Assembly: GCF_018977255.1 (NCBI RefSeq)
Contig: NW_024704743.1
Coordinates: forward strand, 55,306,001-55,370,000
Origin: Callorhinchus milii
Lineage: Eukaryota
Direction: 5' to 3'
Length of the DNA: 64,000 nt
Positions within the stretch are counted from its first letter, which is position 1. Each line of letters opens with the position of its first letter. The notes under the pieces were generated by a model. The model ran no database searches. It worked only from the letters and a program-made list of their open reading frames with translations, and had not been told where the DNA came from. Shown here piece by piece: positions 46,849-59,000 of the stretch. The position numbers and the translations under genes were made by a program.

Positions 46849-48074
46849 TGAAATGTTCACAAAATAATGATAATGCTTAATTTTGATATAGCACCTTCTC
46901 ATACCAGGAACCCATCTCAATGGACATACTGGAAAGTGACTGTGTATTTTGTGGCCAAATACAGCAGCCAATTGTGCACAATTATGTCCCACAAAAGCCT
47001 TGAGGCAAATGACCAATTTTATTTGGTGACCAGGATGCTGACCAAGATTGCAGAATTGCAGGACCTGGGTTTGATTCTCAGGAAGGGAGAAATGTTAGGC
47101 AAGTTTCCTTACTCTACACACCTCTGTTTACCTAGCAGTAAAAACCCAGTTGTTATTCGATCTACGGGTCACTTTTCCGCTTTCCCGTGATAAGGTGTTA
47201 TATCAAATGCATGGATTATTATTACTATTATAATTATTAAAAAGTCATGTGAGAGGCCAGTTTCCAAATTAAGCCAACACTTAAAATTGTTCAAAATTCT
47301 GCATAATTTTAAATTTTAAGACAATGGTTTTAAGGCTGAGACTATGAGAAATTCCAGGCCCCAGAAGTCACTCAGACAAACTCATTTTCTCTTGCCAGGA
47401 AAATAGACTGGAGAGACCTGCTAATCAGAAGGAAACATCTTATAATAAATACAGTAAATCCTCCCCAATTATACAACAATTACAATTACATTTACAATAA
47501 GGTATAAAATGATTCAGTAGCCAGGGCTGAATGCTAATTTTTACACAATAGAGAAGCATTTTGTGATGAATGACACCCACTTTTAAGTACACGTGTACTT
47601 TATTCACTGGTGGGACACTAGATGGCTGTACTTACTTTCCAGTGCACTCAGCTAATTCCATTATTAACAGTGGAAACAATACAATTGTTTGGCAACTATT
47701 CCTGGATGTGATGATTCACTTAGTTTTCACCCTGGGTTTAAAACATGTTCCAAATACGAATGTATTGGTTCTGAGTATAGCATCTTATGATCCTTTGACT
47801 TCAAGCAACAGATTGCTGGATTTTGCCTTTGAAATTAAATTATTTTCAAAGACAAGGAAAAGATAGGGTTGGACAAAGGCCAACTCTCAGGAATAATTAT
47901 TTTCTTCCTTAAGGTAGAACATTGAATCAAGTAGATCCATGCATGTTTTAGGCTACTGCTAATAATATTCCTTGCATTTGATATAAGCCTCAAAACTCTT
48001 CACAGGATTTACTTTAAAATGGAGGACTGTGCATTTGTAGGTGAGTTTGAATCAATTGTGTCTTTATTCCAGGC

Positions 48075-48441
48075 AGGGTGAAAAATCAGGCAAATTTCCT
48101 TTCTCTGCACGTCTCTGTTTACCTAGCAGTAAGTAGGAACCGGGTTGTTAAGTCAACTGGCAGATTGCTTTCTGGGGATAATAGCCCCTTCAAAAAAAAT
48201 GTAGTCACTCGATCCATGACTGTTTGTGGGACACTTCTGTGCGCAATTGGCTGCCGCGTTCGCCCACAAATATACAGTCAATTCACTTTACAGTGTGTTC
48301 TGTGAAACGCTTTGGGACGTCCTCCCGACGTGAAAAGCGCTATATCAAATGCAAGGATTATTATTATTATTATTTTGTGAAGCGCTTTGAGACGTCTCAA
48401 TGGCCTGATAAGGCGCTATATCAAATGCGAGGATTATTATT
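48075..48441 (+). mobile_element. Family B SINE with two tandem tails
   Basis: First tail ends at ~48373; a second, different tail spans 48377-48441. Confidence 0.85.
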
Positions 48442-48859
48442 AACATTGAACATTCTGCTTAAGGTTGCCCAAATGATATTTGAAATCACTTTACCACTAA
48501 GTTTCTTTTTTTAATGCCGTTCAGGACGTGGTGCAGTCAATGAGATTCAATACTCTTTTCCCCTGGCCTGGAGCAAGCCAAAGTCCCTGCAGCCTCGGCA
48601 TTCTCCAGCTGGGGGCAGGCTGGGGTCTGCTAGGGAGACCCTGAGCTCTTCTCTCACCACAGGCAGATGGAAAAGGTCTGCAGCTGTGGAGCGCAGCACC
48701 TGAGAGACTGACAGACCAGGGAAACAGGAGTAGAGAGGGAGAGAGGTGGGAAACCACATGGGAGAGCATGGCACAGACAGGGTGCAGATTAATGATTACA
48801 AATACAGGGAACTGCACACCTCTGAGCTTGTTAGAGGTAGTGAGGTGCTGTCTGCTCCT

Positions 48860-49200
48860 GCTAGAGATGTTGGAGGGCACTGAGACTGGGATGATAGGAT
48901 TGCAATAAGTCACAGATGTTGGGTGAGCCTGTGGAGGGAACTGAATGTGAGGATGGGATCTTTGAATTTGATTCACTGGGCGATGGGGAGCGGATGCAAG
49001 GCCAGTGGAGCAAGGATGAGGGTGCGGCTGGGTGTCATCCGTATACCTGTGGAAGTGGATCCCTTATCTGCAGATGAGGTTACCAAATGGGAGCATACAG
49101 ATAATGAAATACAGAAGACCAAGGGTGAAGCCATGAGGAATGCTGCATAGTGACTGTGCTGAGGTGGGAGCGGAAACCATTGGGAAGAATGATGACGTGG
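48860..49200 (-). mobile_element. Old L2 RT fragment
   Basis: gggtgtcatccgtata (YTDDTQ on -) at ~49030-49045, homologous to 54115-54260. Confidence 0.7.
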
Positions 49201-49337
49201 TCTTCTGTTGTGTTGCTGCTCTGTACGGTCCTTCTCATGACCGCCTGTGAAAGAGTGCACACAGTGCTGTGATGAATTTGGAGTGGGAGTGTTTCAATGT
49301 ATAGTATACCTTAAAGGGAGTGAAGTATCTGGTATTT

Positions 49338-50419
49338 CTCAAGCTCTGTCCTCGGTCCCCTCCTCTTCACACTCTATATGCTCCCCCTTGGTGACATCAT
49401 CCGCAGACATGGGGTTAACTTCCGCATGTATGCGGATGACACCCAACTCTACCTTTCCTCCTTTACTCTCAACTCCACGACCACCTCCTGACAGCTGCCT
49501 GTCCGACATCGAGTCCTGGACGAGAGACAACTTTCTTCAGCTCAACGTGCGCAAAACTGAGGCCCTCCCGATTGGCTCACGTCAGCGCCTCCGCACCTCA
49601 GGCGCTGACAGCATCAGCATCCAAGGCTGCACTCTCCACCTCTCAAAGCCAGTCAGGAACCTCGGCGTTCTGTTCGACCCTGAGCTGTCCTTTCTTCCTC
49701 ATATCCGCTCCACAACTGGCACTGCCTTCCATCACCTCCGAAACATCGCCAGACTATGGCACTACCTCACCCCTCACGCTGCTGAAACACTGGTACACGC
49801 CTTTATCACCTCAAGGCTGGACTATGGGACCTCTCTCCTCGCCGGCCTTCCCGCCACCTCCCTCCACACTGCAGGTCATTCAGAACTCTGCAACTCGTGT
49901 ACTGTCCCGCACCAGGCTTCGCGACCACATCACTCCCACCCTCGCTCGCCTCCACTGGCTCCCCATCCCCCAGAGGATTGAATTCAAGATTCTCATCCTC
50001 ACCTACAAGGCCATTCACGGCCTCGCTCCCTCCTACCTCTCCGACCTACTATCCCCCTACTTATCTGCCCGTACTCTCCGTTCCTCTGGCTCCGGTCTGC
50101 TCCACATCCCCCGCCCCAACCGCCCTACCATTGGTGGCCGGGCCTTCAGCCTCTCAGCCCCGAGGCTCTGGAACTCCATTCTCCAGTCCCTTCGCCTTGC
50201 TTCCTCCCTTTCCTTTTTCAAGGCCATTCTCAAGACCTTTCTCTTCGACCGTGCCTTCAGCTCCCCTCTCGACTCTCTACCCCCTCCTCGCTCCCTCCCT
50301 TCCCTCCCCTCACCCTTACCATTTCCCCCCTGCTCGGGTCCCGACCCAACTCTCCAGCGCCTTGGGACGTCCTCCCGACGTGAAAGGCGCACTATAAATG
50401 AAATCTTGTTGTTGTTGTT
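49338..50419 (+). mobile_element. Young L2 LINE, 5'-truncated (RT C-terminal half, small deletions)
   Basis: Near-identical reverse complement of 53037-54220; YADD at ~49430; (TTG)n tail. Confidence 0.95.
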
Positions 50420-51660
50420 CAAACATTACATTTTATGGAAATTGATCTTATTTTGGGATTTATTAAGTTAAAGGCGAACATGATGAGGATCCACACACTC
50501 TGCCCCTTTTGAGCAGAGTAAGCAACATAAATATATTAATAGACAATAAAATGTTCAAAGGAGCTGAACCTTATTCATTATCTTTTACCCTCCCTCCTGG
50601 AAACTGATGAAAACTTACGCGACATGAAACGCAGCATTAATTTGAAACAGCCTGGTGGGTGGAACAAATTACCACAAGCAGGTTTTTCCTGCTTACAAAC
50701 ATGTTAAATCACAGGAAGAATTCAAGGAGATGACAAATTCTGTCACTTTGAGCCTCTGCAGATATTTGCATTAGCACACATCATCATTTTATTTGTGCCC
50801 CATACACGAAATAATTCACGTGCACTCAATACAGTAACCAGCTCTAGTACTAACGCAGTTTTATTATAATTTGAATGTTTCCTTTTTAAAAAATATAATA
50901 AGGATGAGCAGAATAAGGGGTGAAATTAGCAGCGCTACACCCTCAACACTGTTCCAACTTTCAGCCCATCAAAGGCCTTCTTTTAAAAGTATTTGGATTT
51001 TTCGAAGAATGATTTTCATTTAAATGGTTTAAAATTCAGGGACAACTCAATGGTTCACCCTAGGGTGAAATTTGTGATTTTTCATAATGTGTTCCTTAAA
51101 ACAGGGGTTGACATTGACTACAAAAACAGTCAATTGTTATCACAAATCTTGAGTGTAAATTTACCCCCGACTGCTGATAACTGTCGCCAGTGATAATATA
51201 TTATCGCAATTGTGACCCCAAAAAGCTTCAAAGGAGGAAGATCCAACATTTCCTGGGGTTTACCTAGTAATGATCGACTATACTTTATTTAGAGAATCCA
51301 ACATAAGCTAGTTCCTGATAATATCCTGGTAACGTTGTTCAACTACAAAATACACAGTCAGTAAACTTTCCAGGAAATCCTGTAAAGTGCTTTGAGACAT
51401 CCTCCAGACTTGAAAGGTGCTAAATCAAATGCAAGGATTACTAGAATCAGTGGCAAGTTTTCAGCCATTCTGCCTCGCTCTGTGGAACTCCATTCCCAAA
51501 GTCCCTCCACCTTGGAGCTCAGACTTTGTCGGTGCTTTCAGTCATCTTCCCTCCTCCACCGATCTCATCTTCATTCCCACTCCCTCCTCCCCAAGGTTGG
51601 TTATCCAGCCAACTGGGTAAAGTGCATTGATACAACCTCCAGATGTAAAAGCTGCTTTGT

Positions 51661-51981
51661 GGAGTCCTGTAGCTCAGTGGTTAGAGCACTCGCTTTGCAA
51701 GTGAGAGAACTGAGTTCAATTCCAGGCACAGGGCGAAACCTTGGGCAAGTTTCCTTACTCCACACGCCTAATAATAATCCCTCCAAAACCAAAAACAATA
51801 ATAAATTGGTCATTTTCAATCTACGACTGATGGGGGACATTGCTGTGTGCAATTGGCTGCCGCGTTCGCCCACAAATATACAGTCAATTCACTTTACAGT
51901 ATGTTCTGTGAAGCGCTTTGGGACGTCCTCCCGATGTAAAAAGCGCTATATCAAATGCAAGGATTATTATTATTATTATTA
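51661..51981 (+). mobile_element. Family B SINE, short form, full length
   Basis: A box tagctcagtgg 51670-51680, anticodon-like arm ctcgc-tttgcaa-gtgag, B box gagttcaattcc, L2-type tail, (ATT)n. Confidence 0.9.
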
Positions 51982-52030
51982 TAAATGTAAATTGTATTGT
52001 GTGAGCTATTGAGTAACAGCACATTCATAA

Positions 52031-52347
52031 TATAATAATAATCCTTGCATTTGATACAGGGCTTTTCACATCTTCTAGACATCTCAAAGCACTTCAAAGA
52101 ATATACTGCAAAATGAATTGACCATATATTCGTTGGCAAAACACAGCAGCCAATTGCACACAGCAGTGTCCCACAAACAGTCATGGATTGAAGTGACCAA
52201 TTTTGTTATTGTTTTTTTTGAGGGATTATTATCAGACGTGTGGAGTAAGGAAACTTGTCCAAGGTTTCACCCTGCCGGGAATCAAACCCCAAACCCAGGT
52301 CTCTCGCTTGCGAGGCGAGTGCTCTAACCACTGTGCTATAGGACTCT
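52031..52347 (-). mobile_element. Family B SINE, short form, full length
   Basis: Reverse-complement homologue of 51661-51981. Confidence 0.9.
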
Positions 52348-53036
52348 ATTCATGGCACATTAAACACAGTTTTAATCTGATTCTGTACAATAATTTGGTA
52401 ACCCTTGTTCCATTGTAGCTATTATCGTCACAATAAATACATATGATGATTCAGCTATTTTCTCCTCGCTCTCAGGAACACTCTTCTAAAATCTCTCTGC
52501 CTTTCACTCCCACTCAGGTTTTTAGAAGAAAAAGCAATATTTTTAATTGCACTTTCAGCCATTTCCTTCTGAATGCCACCACCACTATCTCCTATCTTGC
52601 CCATGCTCCCATTCCATCTATGTAAAAAGCTTCAAGACTTTCTTACCTGAAATAATAAAAATAAAATAATCATTGCATTTGATATATAGCACCTTATAGG
52701 TGAACAGAGTGAATGACTAATTTTATCTGGAGATAATAAAAAGATCTCCAGGACATGGGGAGAAACTTTCTTCAATTTTTGAACAGTGTCTTGGGATCTA
52801 TAACATCCACCTGAACAGGCAGGGGAGGAGTCTTGTTTTAACATCTCATTTGAAGAAACGCATCTCCGACAATGAACTACCTGAAAAGTATTATATATAA
52901 CTACTATTTGTTGTTGCTTTCAAAGAGGTGGGATTCAGATTCGCATTATGGAAAGGGCTACTGATTCAAAACACATTATTGGAGACAAAATCATCTGGAG
53001 CAGTGGGAGGAACAAATTGGTGATGAAGATCACTTG

Positions 53037-54985
53037 CAACAACAACAACAACAACAACAAGATTCCATTTATAAAGCGCCTTTCACGTCAGGAGGACGTC
53101 CCAAGGCGCTGCACAGTTGGGTCATGACCCGAGCAGGGGGGAAATGGTCAGGGTGAGGGGAGGGAAGGGAGGGAGCGAGGAGGGGGGAAATGGTCAGGGT
53201 GAGGGAAGGGAGGGAGCAAGGAGGGGGAAATGGTCAGGGTGAGGGGAGGGAAGGGAGGGAGCGAGGAGGGGGAAGAGAGTCGAGAGGGGAGCTGAAGGCA
53301 CGGTCAAAGAGAAAGGTTTTGAGACCGGCCTTGAAGGAGGAAAGGGAGGAAGCAAGGCGAAGGCACTGGGGGATGGAGTTCCAGAGCCTGGGGGCTGAGA
53401 GGCTGAAGGCCCGACCACCGATGGTAGGGCGGTTGGGGCGGGGGACGTGGAGCAGACCAGAGCCAGAGGAACGGAGGGTACGGGCAGGTAGGTAGGGGGA
53501 TAGTAGGTTGGAGAGGTAGGAGGGAGCAAGGCCGTGAATGGCCTTGTAGGTGAGGATGAGGATCTTGAAATCAATCCTCTGGGGGATGGGGAGCCAGTGG
53601 AGGCGAGCGAGGGTGGGAGTGATGTGGTCCCGAAGCCTGGTGCGGGACAGTACACGAGCTGCAGAGTTCTGAATGACCTGCAGCTTGTGGAGGGAGGTGG
53701 CGGGAAGGCCGGCGAGGAGAGAGTTCCCATAGTCCAGCCTTGAGGTGACAAAGGCGTGGACCAGGGTTTCAGCAGCGTGAGGGGTGAGGTAGTGCCGTAG
53801 TCTGGCGATGTTCCGGAGGTGATGGAAGGCGGTGCCAGTTGTGGTGCGGATGTGAGGGAGAAAGGACAGCTCAGGGTCGAACAAAACGCCGAGGTTCCTG
53901 ACTGGCTTTGAGAGGTGGAGAGTGCAGCCTTGGATGCTGATGGTGTCAGCGCCTGAGGTGCGGAGGCGCTGACGTGAGCCAATCAGGAGGGCCTCGGTTT
54001 TTCGCACGTTGAGCTGAAGAAAGTTGTCTCTCGTCCAGGACTCGATGTCGGACAGGCAGGCTGTCAGGACATCGGTGGTCGTGGAGTTGAGAGTAGAGGA
54101 GGAAAGGTAGAGTTGGGTGTCATCCGCATACATGTGGAAGTTAACTCCATGTCTGCGGATGATGTCACCAAGGGGGAGCATATAGAGGGTGAAGAGGAGG
54201 GGACCGAGGACAGAGCCCTGAGGGACACCACATGAGACAGTACGGGGGGTGGAGGAGAAGCCATTCGTTGAGACAAAGTGAAGACGGTGAGAAAGGTACG
54301 ACCTAAACCATTCAAGGACAGTGCCTTGAAGGTTGAGGTGGGAGGACAAGCGGTGGAGTAGGATAGCGTGGTCGACCGTATCGAATGCTGCCGATAGGTC
54401 GAGGAGGACGAGGAGACAGAGGGAGCCCTGGTCACAGATGGTCAGGATATCATTGGTGACCTTGACCAGGGCAGTTTCTGTGCTATGGGCAGCACGGAAA
54501 CCTGACTGAAGGGGTTCAAAAAGAGAATGGGTGGAAAGGAAAGAGCGCAGTTGGGAGGCGACAACTCTTTCCAAGACCTTGGAGAGAAAGGGGAGGTTGG
54601 AGATGGGCCGGTAGCTTGATAGCTGCGACGCATCAAGGGAGGGTTTTTTCAGGGTGGGCGTGATGATGGCAGTTTTTAATGGAATGGGGACAGAGCCAGA
54701 GGAGAGGGACAGGTTGATGATGTCAGTGATATGTGGGGCAAGAAAGTGGAGCTGGGAGATAAGGAGTGGAGTGGGGATGGGGTCAAGGGAGCAGGTGGTT
54801 GGTTTTAGGGATAGGATGAGTTCAGTGACAGAGGGTGGGGAAACGGGTACGAAGGTGTGTAGGGGAGGATGGGTAGGAGTCGGAGTGTGGGAGGGAAGGG
54901 GTGGGTGGTGGGTGGAAGTTGGAGGGGAAGTGACCGCGGAGCGGATTCCCTTGATCTTGGATTCAAGGAAATCCAGCATCTCCTC
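53037..54985 (-). mobile_element. Young L2 LINE, 5'-truncated, with an uninterrupted RT reading frame (ORF 53234..55021; first ~12 codons are flank)
   Basis: [43 protein letters not shown] and the L2 C-terminal LHWLP..PRLWN; no endonuclease domain; stem-loop and (TTG)n tail. Confidence 0.97.
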
Positions 54986-55664
54986 GAGAAGACAGTTGAG
55001 AGATGAACCTAGTTTGATCACTCATTCAGAAAGTCTAGGCTGGATTTCCTACCATACTAAAATAGTTATCGTTATTTATTAAAAAAATCATTGACATTAA
55101 CCTCAGAACAACTCTGATGTTATAAGTAATGCCTCCTGAGGAGATCTTCTGCAGGAATTCTCCGGTGGGATTAAATATTAGCTCGCGTTATGTTCTTTCT
55201 CATTGTGGACTCTCATATCAAATGGAACTAATTTTTATCTCCATCCATCTTGCAAAATAAGAATTAATGTTTAAGTTTATGATTTCTGATTGCTGGTTGT
55301 ATTGTAACCGTTTTATAGGCGTTTCTAAGCAACCATTTTATCAGTGTTTTCCTAAAAGGATGCCCTTTATTCAAGTGCCTGTTCAGGGCAGCTTGCAGTC
55401 TGTTCAGACTTTCAGTGTTTTATGGTTCCTTGTTGACTCAAGTTAAACTGAATAAATAAGAACCAAAAGAGGTAATTGCATCCTCAGTATTCTGTCTGTA
55501 TGATTTCTGGAATAGAACCAGGAAAAAGCTACAACTTGGAACTGATAAAGTGCAACATATTACTACGACAATTTGTTGCATTCATTAGTCAGTCAATGAC
55601 ATCAGAAAAGGGCACCAAAAGTCCATTCATTCCTGTCTTATTTCCAAGCTCAAGAACACTAATA

Positions 55665-56060
55665 CTAATAATCCTTACATTCCGTTTTAGCGCTTTTCAT
55701 TTCAAGAGGACGTTCCAAAACAATTCACAGGTTATACTGTGCAAAGTGCACAGACTGTGTGTTTTTTGGATGAACGGAGATGCCAATTTTGCACACATCA
55801 ATGTCTACAAACAGTCATGAAGTAATGAATCATTTTATTTGAGGATTGTTGGCTAGGGCACCAGGAAACACTCGTTTCCTTTTCGAATAGTGTCATGGGA
55901 TCTTTAACATCCACCTGAACAGGCAAACAGCGCCTTGGTTTAATGTCTCATCTGAAGGATGGCACCTCCAATGATGGCAGCACCCCCAAACACTGCATTG
56001 GAATGCCATCTGCCTTCTGTTTTAGAGTCGTGAGTGCTACCAAAGTGAGCCAGCCTGACA
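55665..56060 (-). mobile_element. Deu-domain SINE
   Basis: tgtcatgggatctttaacatccacctgaacaggca..ggtttaatgtctcatctgaaggatggcacctc plus head and tail. Confidence 0.8.
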
Positions 56061-59000
56061 CACAAAAGGCAATAGCTGGGAAATGGTGCATGGGGCTGTA
56101 ATGCCTTGGGACACAATCCAAATAGCAGAAATTGAGTGAAAAATTAAAAACAAAAACATTGGTTTAAATTAAACACTGAGGTATGGTTGACACAGTTTTA
56201 TTCCATCTTCAATAACATTTGATACTGCATTTTTTAAACTAAAATATTAAAAACTGATAAGGAAACTAAAAGAAGAAAAAAATAAAATTAGAAGCTGCAC
56301 TCATTTGCTGCGTGCAAATTGGCTACCACGTTTTCTTTGAAATACGCAGTCACTAAACTTCACAGTAAAAATTCCTGTGAAGCACTTTGAGATACCTCAA
56401 CGACATTATAAGCCATTATATCAAGGATTATAATTAATGCAAGGATTATTATTTTATTATTACAAAAAGTGCACAGATGTAAGAGAGCTTGTGCAATGCA
56501 ACGTTTACTATGAGTAAACACTTGAAGGGAAGAGTTAACATTGTGTTAGAAGCAGCCTTTGGTAAAGGCAGTTCCTGGATTTGACGCAAACTGAATTGGC
56601 CCAAAAGTCACCGTAAGATGACGCCTTTGAAGAGACAAGTGCAGGAAGTAAAGTAATCAATCGCTTAGTTAGTTTAAGAACACTCATCCTTTAGATATAG
56701 ATGCCTTATCAGTTTTCATTGGGGAGGTGTCAGGGAGAATGAGGTGACAGATGTTAAGTACAATCTTGGGTGATTCCTGCAAATATTTAAATTGTGGTTG
56801 TAAAATTTATGCTGCTGATAATTTAAAAATACATCCCACTTACTAACCTTTTTCTTCAAAAGTTTGGGTAATCATTTGTGAAGTATGCCGAGACCATACA
56901 GGGCTCCAATGTTCTAAGTGACAGCTGCAGACAAACATATTATGATTAAATTGCACGCAGTAACCCAAGAGTTTTACCCTGTGTGAATTTTCATTTTCCA
57001 TTTTACATGCTGTCATTTAAACCATATGTTAAAGAGAACGTGACAACATTCTGGCACAAAATCCACTATTCTTTTTAAACTGTGCAGAGGAGCAATAGCT
57101 CAGTGAGAAATTAAATGGTATGTGGCCTCTACTACCTTTATTAATTCTGCTGGAAAATTAATTCAAGATAGTGCAAATAAAGTGCCCATAGTAGTCTCTT
57201 TGTTCCATTCCGTTTCTGACAGTGGAGTTGAAAATGTGATGTTTTGAGTGCCTTTGGCAACTTCCAGATTGTGAGATTTGCCACAAGATTTACAAACCAC
57301 AAGTCCCAAATTGGCAAAATTCAAAGAAAGGCTAGTGGGCAATTGCCACTTGTTCTCCTCCCGCAGGGGGTTTGCAATGTTTGGCCTTTTTTTAGACTTT
57401 CCTTACTTTGGATCAACAAGGTCAGCAAAGCTCACAAATCAATATTGGCAATCGAGAAGTAGGACTTTGATTTGAATGCTGTTTCAAATGCTCAAATACC
57501 ACAATTTCAACTCATTCATTACTGGATCATTCAGTCCAGCTTTCAGTTAATCTTATCCACACACAAAACATCAAAAGAAACTTGGAGGGTCGGGATGACT
57601 CATCTCATTTATGTTGGAGTGCAGCATAAACTGCTTAGCACCAGAGGGCATCAGGATGATAGAAAATATAAATGGTTTGCTCTCAGTTCATTTAACCAAG
57701 GCAAGCACAAACACGTTTACCACAAAGTAGCAAGTAAGCTGTTTAAAGACAGAACATGAGACTTTCCACGCCTTCAATCTCATTATAAGCCTGTGGGAAA
57801 GCAAACAGCAAGAAGTGACTATTTTGCCTATCAAGGGGTGACTTGTACAATCTCATAGCATATACCTCATTGGTTTGAACAAGCATAGCAAATAGTCCCA
57901 AAGAAATTGCAAATTGTTTTCTCAACTTCCAATATCAAGTGTCACAAATTAAATTTATTATTACATTAACATGCTTGGAGTGTAAAGCCCAAGACAGGAA
58001 ATAACAGGAGAATCCCCATAGAAGCATTGCTCTACCCATCAGTCATAATTTGTAAATTAGCGTTTTCTTGACGACTTGGCTTCCCTGCATTGTTTCACAT
58101 CCGGTAGGATGTACAGGTTGTTATTGGCTCTGTGCCTATGCAGATCTTATGATAATAATAATAATAATATCTTAAACGTCACATTTAGTATAGCACCTTT
58201 CAGAAGGTCATCCCAAAGAGCTTCATAGCATATACTGTAAAGTAGAATATTATTTAGAGTTACAGGAGAGTAACATGAGGAACTCTTCACTTAACTTGGC
58301 TCTTCACCAGACAGGCAAGCTGTGATCAGGAACTCTCCGTGTACACAATCATGGACCACAACACATATCCCCTCACTCCATTGCCCATCTCTGCATTACT
58401 ACATAGCACCACCAGGCTATCATCATCCAAAATTGTTCTTAACTCATCCCTTTGCTGGTAATTATCACTGGTAATTACTGAATCTGTTTTGCTTTCTGGA
58501 AATTTATCCCAGAGTCACCCTCCTCCTTTTCAACCCCCACCCTCCCCAGCACCGTCATCCCCTGTTCTGCCGCCCAGTCAGTTGTGAGAGCGCTTTGAGA
58601 CATTTTCCCAAAGTGAAAGATGGAATATAAATGTCAATTGTTGTTATTGAAACAAAAAATTGATTTTAAAACAGATACGACGTGATAATATGCATATCAG
58701 ATCTGTTATGAAACATTACATTTTTCACACTAATGGGCCCTTTGATGCTGAACACCAGCAAAGGAAGTTGAGGAGATCAAGGAATTGTCAAAGTGGGATT
58801 ATGGGGGAGTGTAAAGAGATCTCAGTGTTAAAAATGAAACGGAGAGGGTCTGTAGCACACACATCATACAGAAAAATATTTCCATGTCTCAGCATCTGAG
58901 TAGCTGAAAGATATTTTTATTGGTAATAATCTTTGCAGTTGATAAGTATCTGAAAGAAGAAAGAAACCACTTGCATTGGTAATTGTCGTTGATACAGAAT

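Noticed and set aside
48520..48860. GC-rich stretch with short ORFs (48521-48976, 48547-48774)
   Set aside because: No recognisable domain or convincing splice-bounded exon; it lies among repeats and its origin is unresolved.
51661..51735. tRNA-Ala(TGC)-like sequence
   Set aside because: It has A/B boxes and an anticodon-like arm but no proper acceptor stem, continues into a SINE body, and sister copies vary at the anticodon; it is a SINE head.
53194..53982. Long Pro/Ser-rich alternative-frame ORFs (also 49572-50471, 14196-14819, 11314-11817 and their antisense ORFs)
   Set aside because: Shadow frames of C-rich L2 sequence, not independent genes.
53234..55021. 595-aa ORF as a host or domesticated RT gene
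   Set aside because: 5'-truncated L2 with the standard tail and near-identical sister copies; the annotated start lies in unrelated flank.
27635..56315. Scattered GCGTG (AHR response element) cores near 27637, 43877 and 56310
   Set aside because: Short motif, unclustered, some within repeats; expected by chance.
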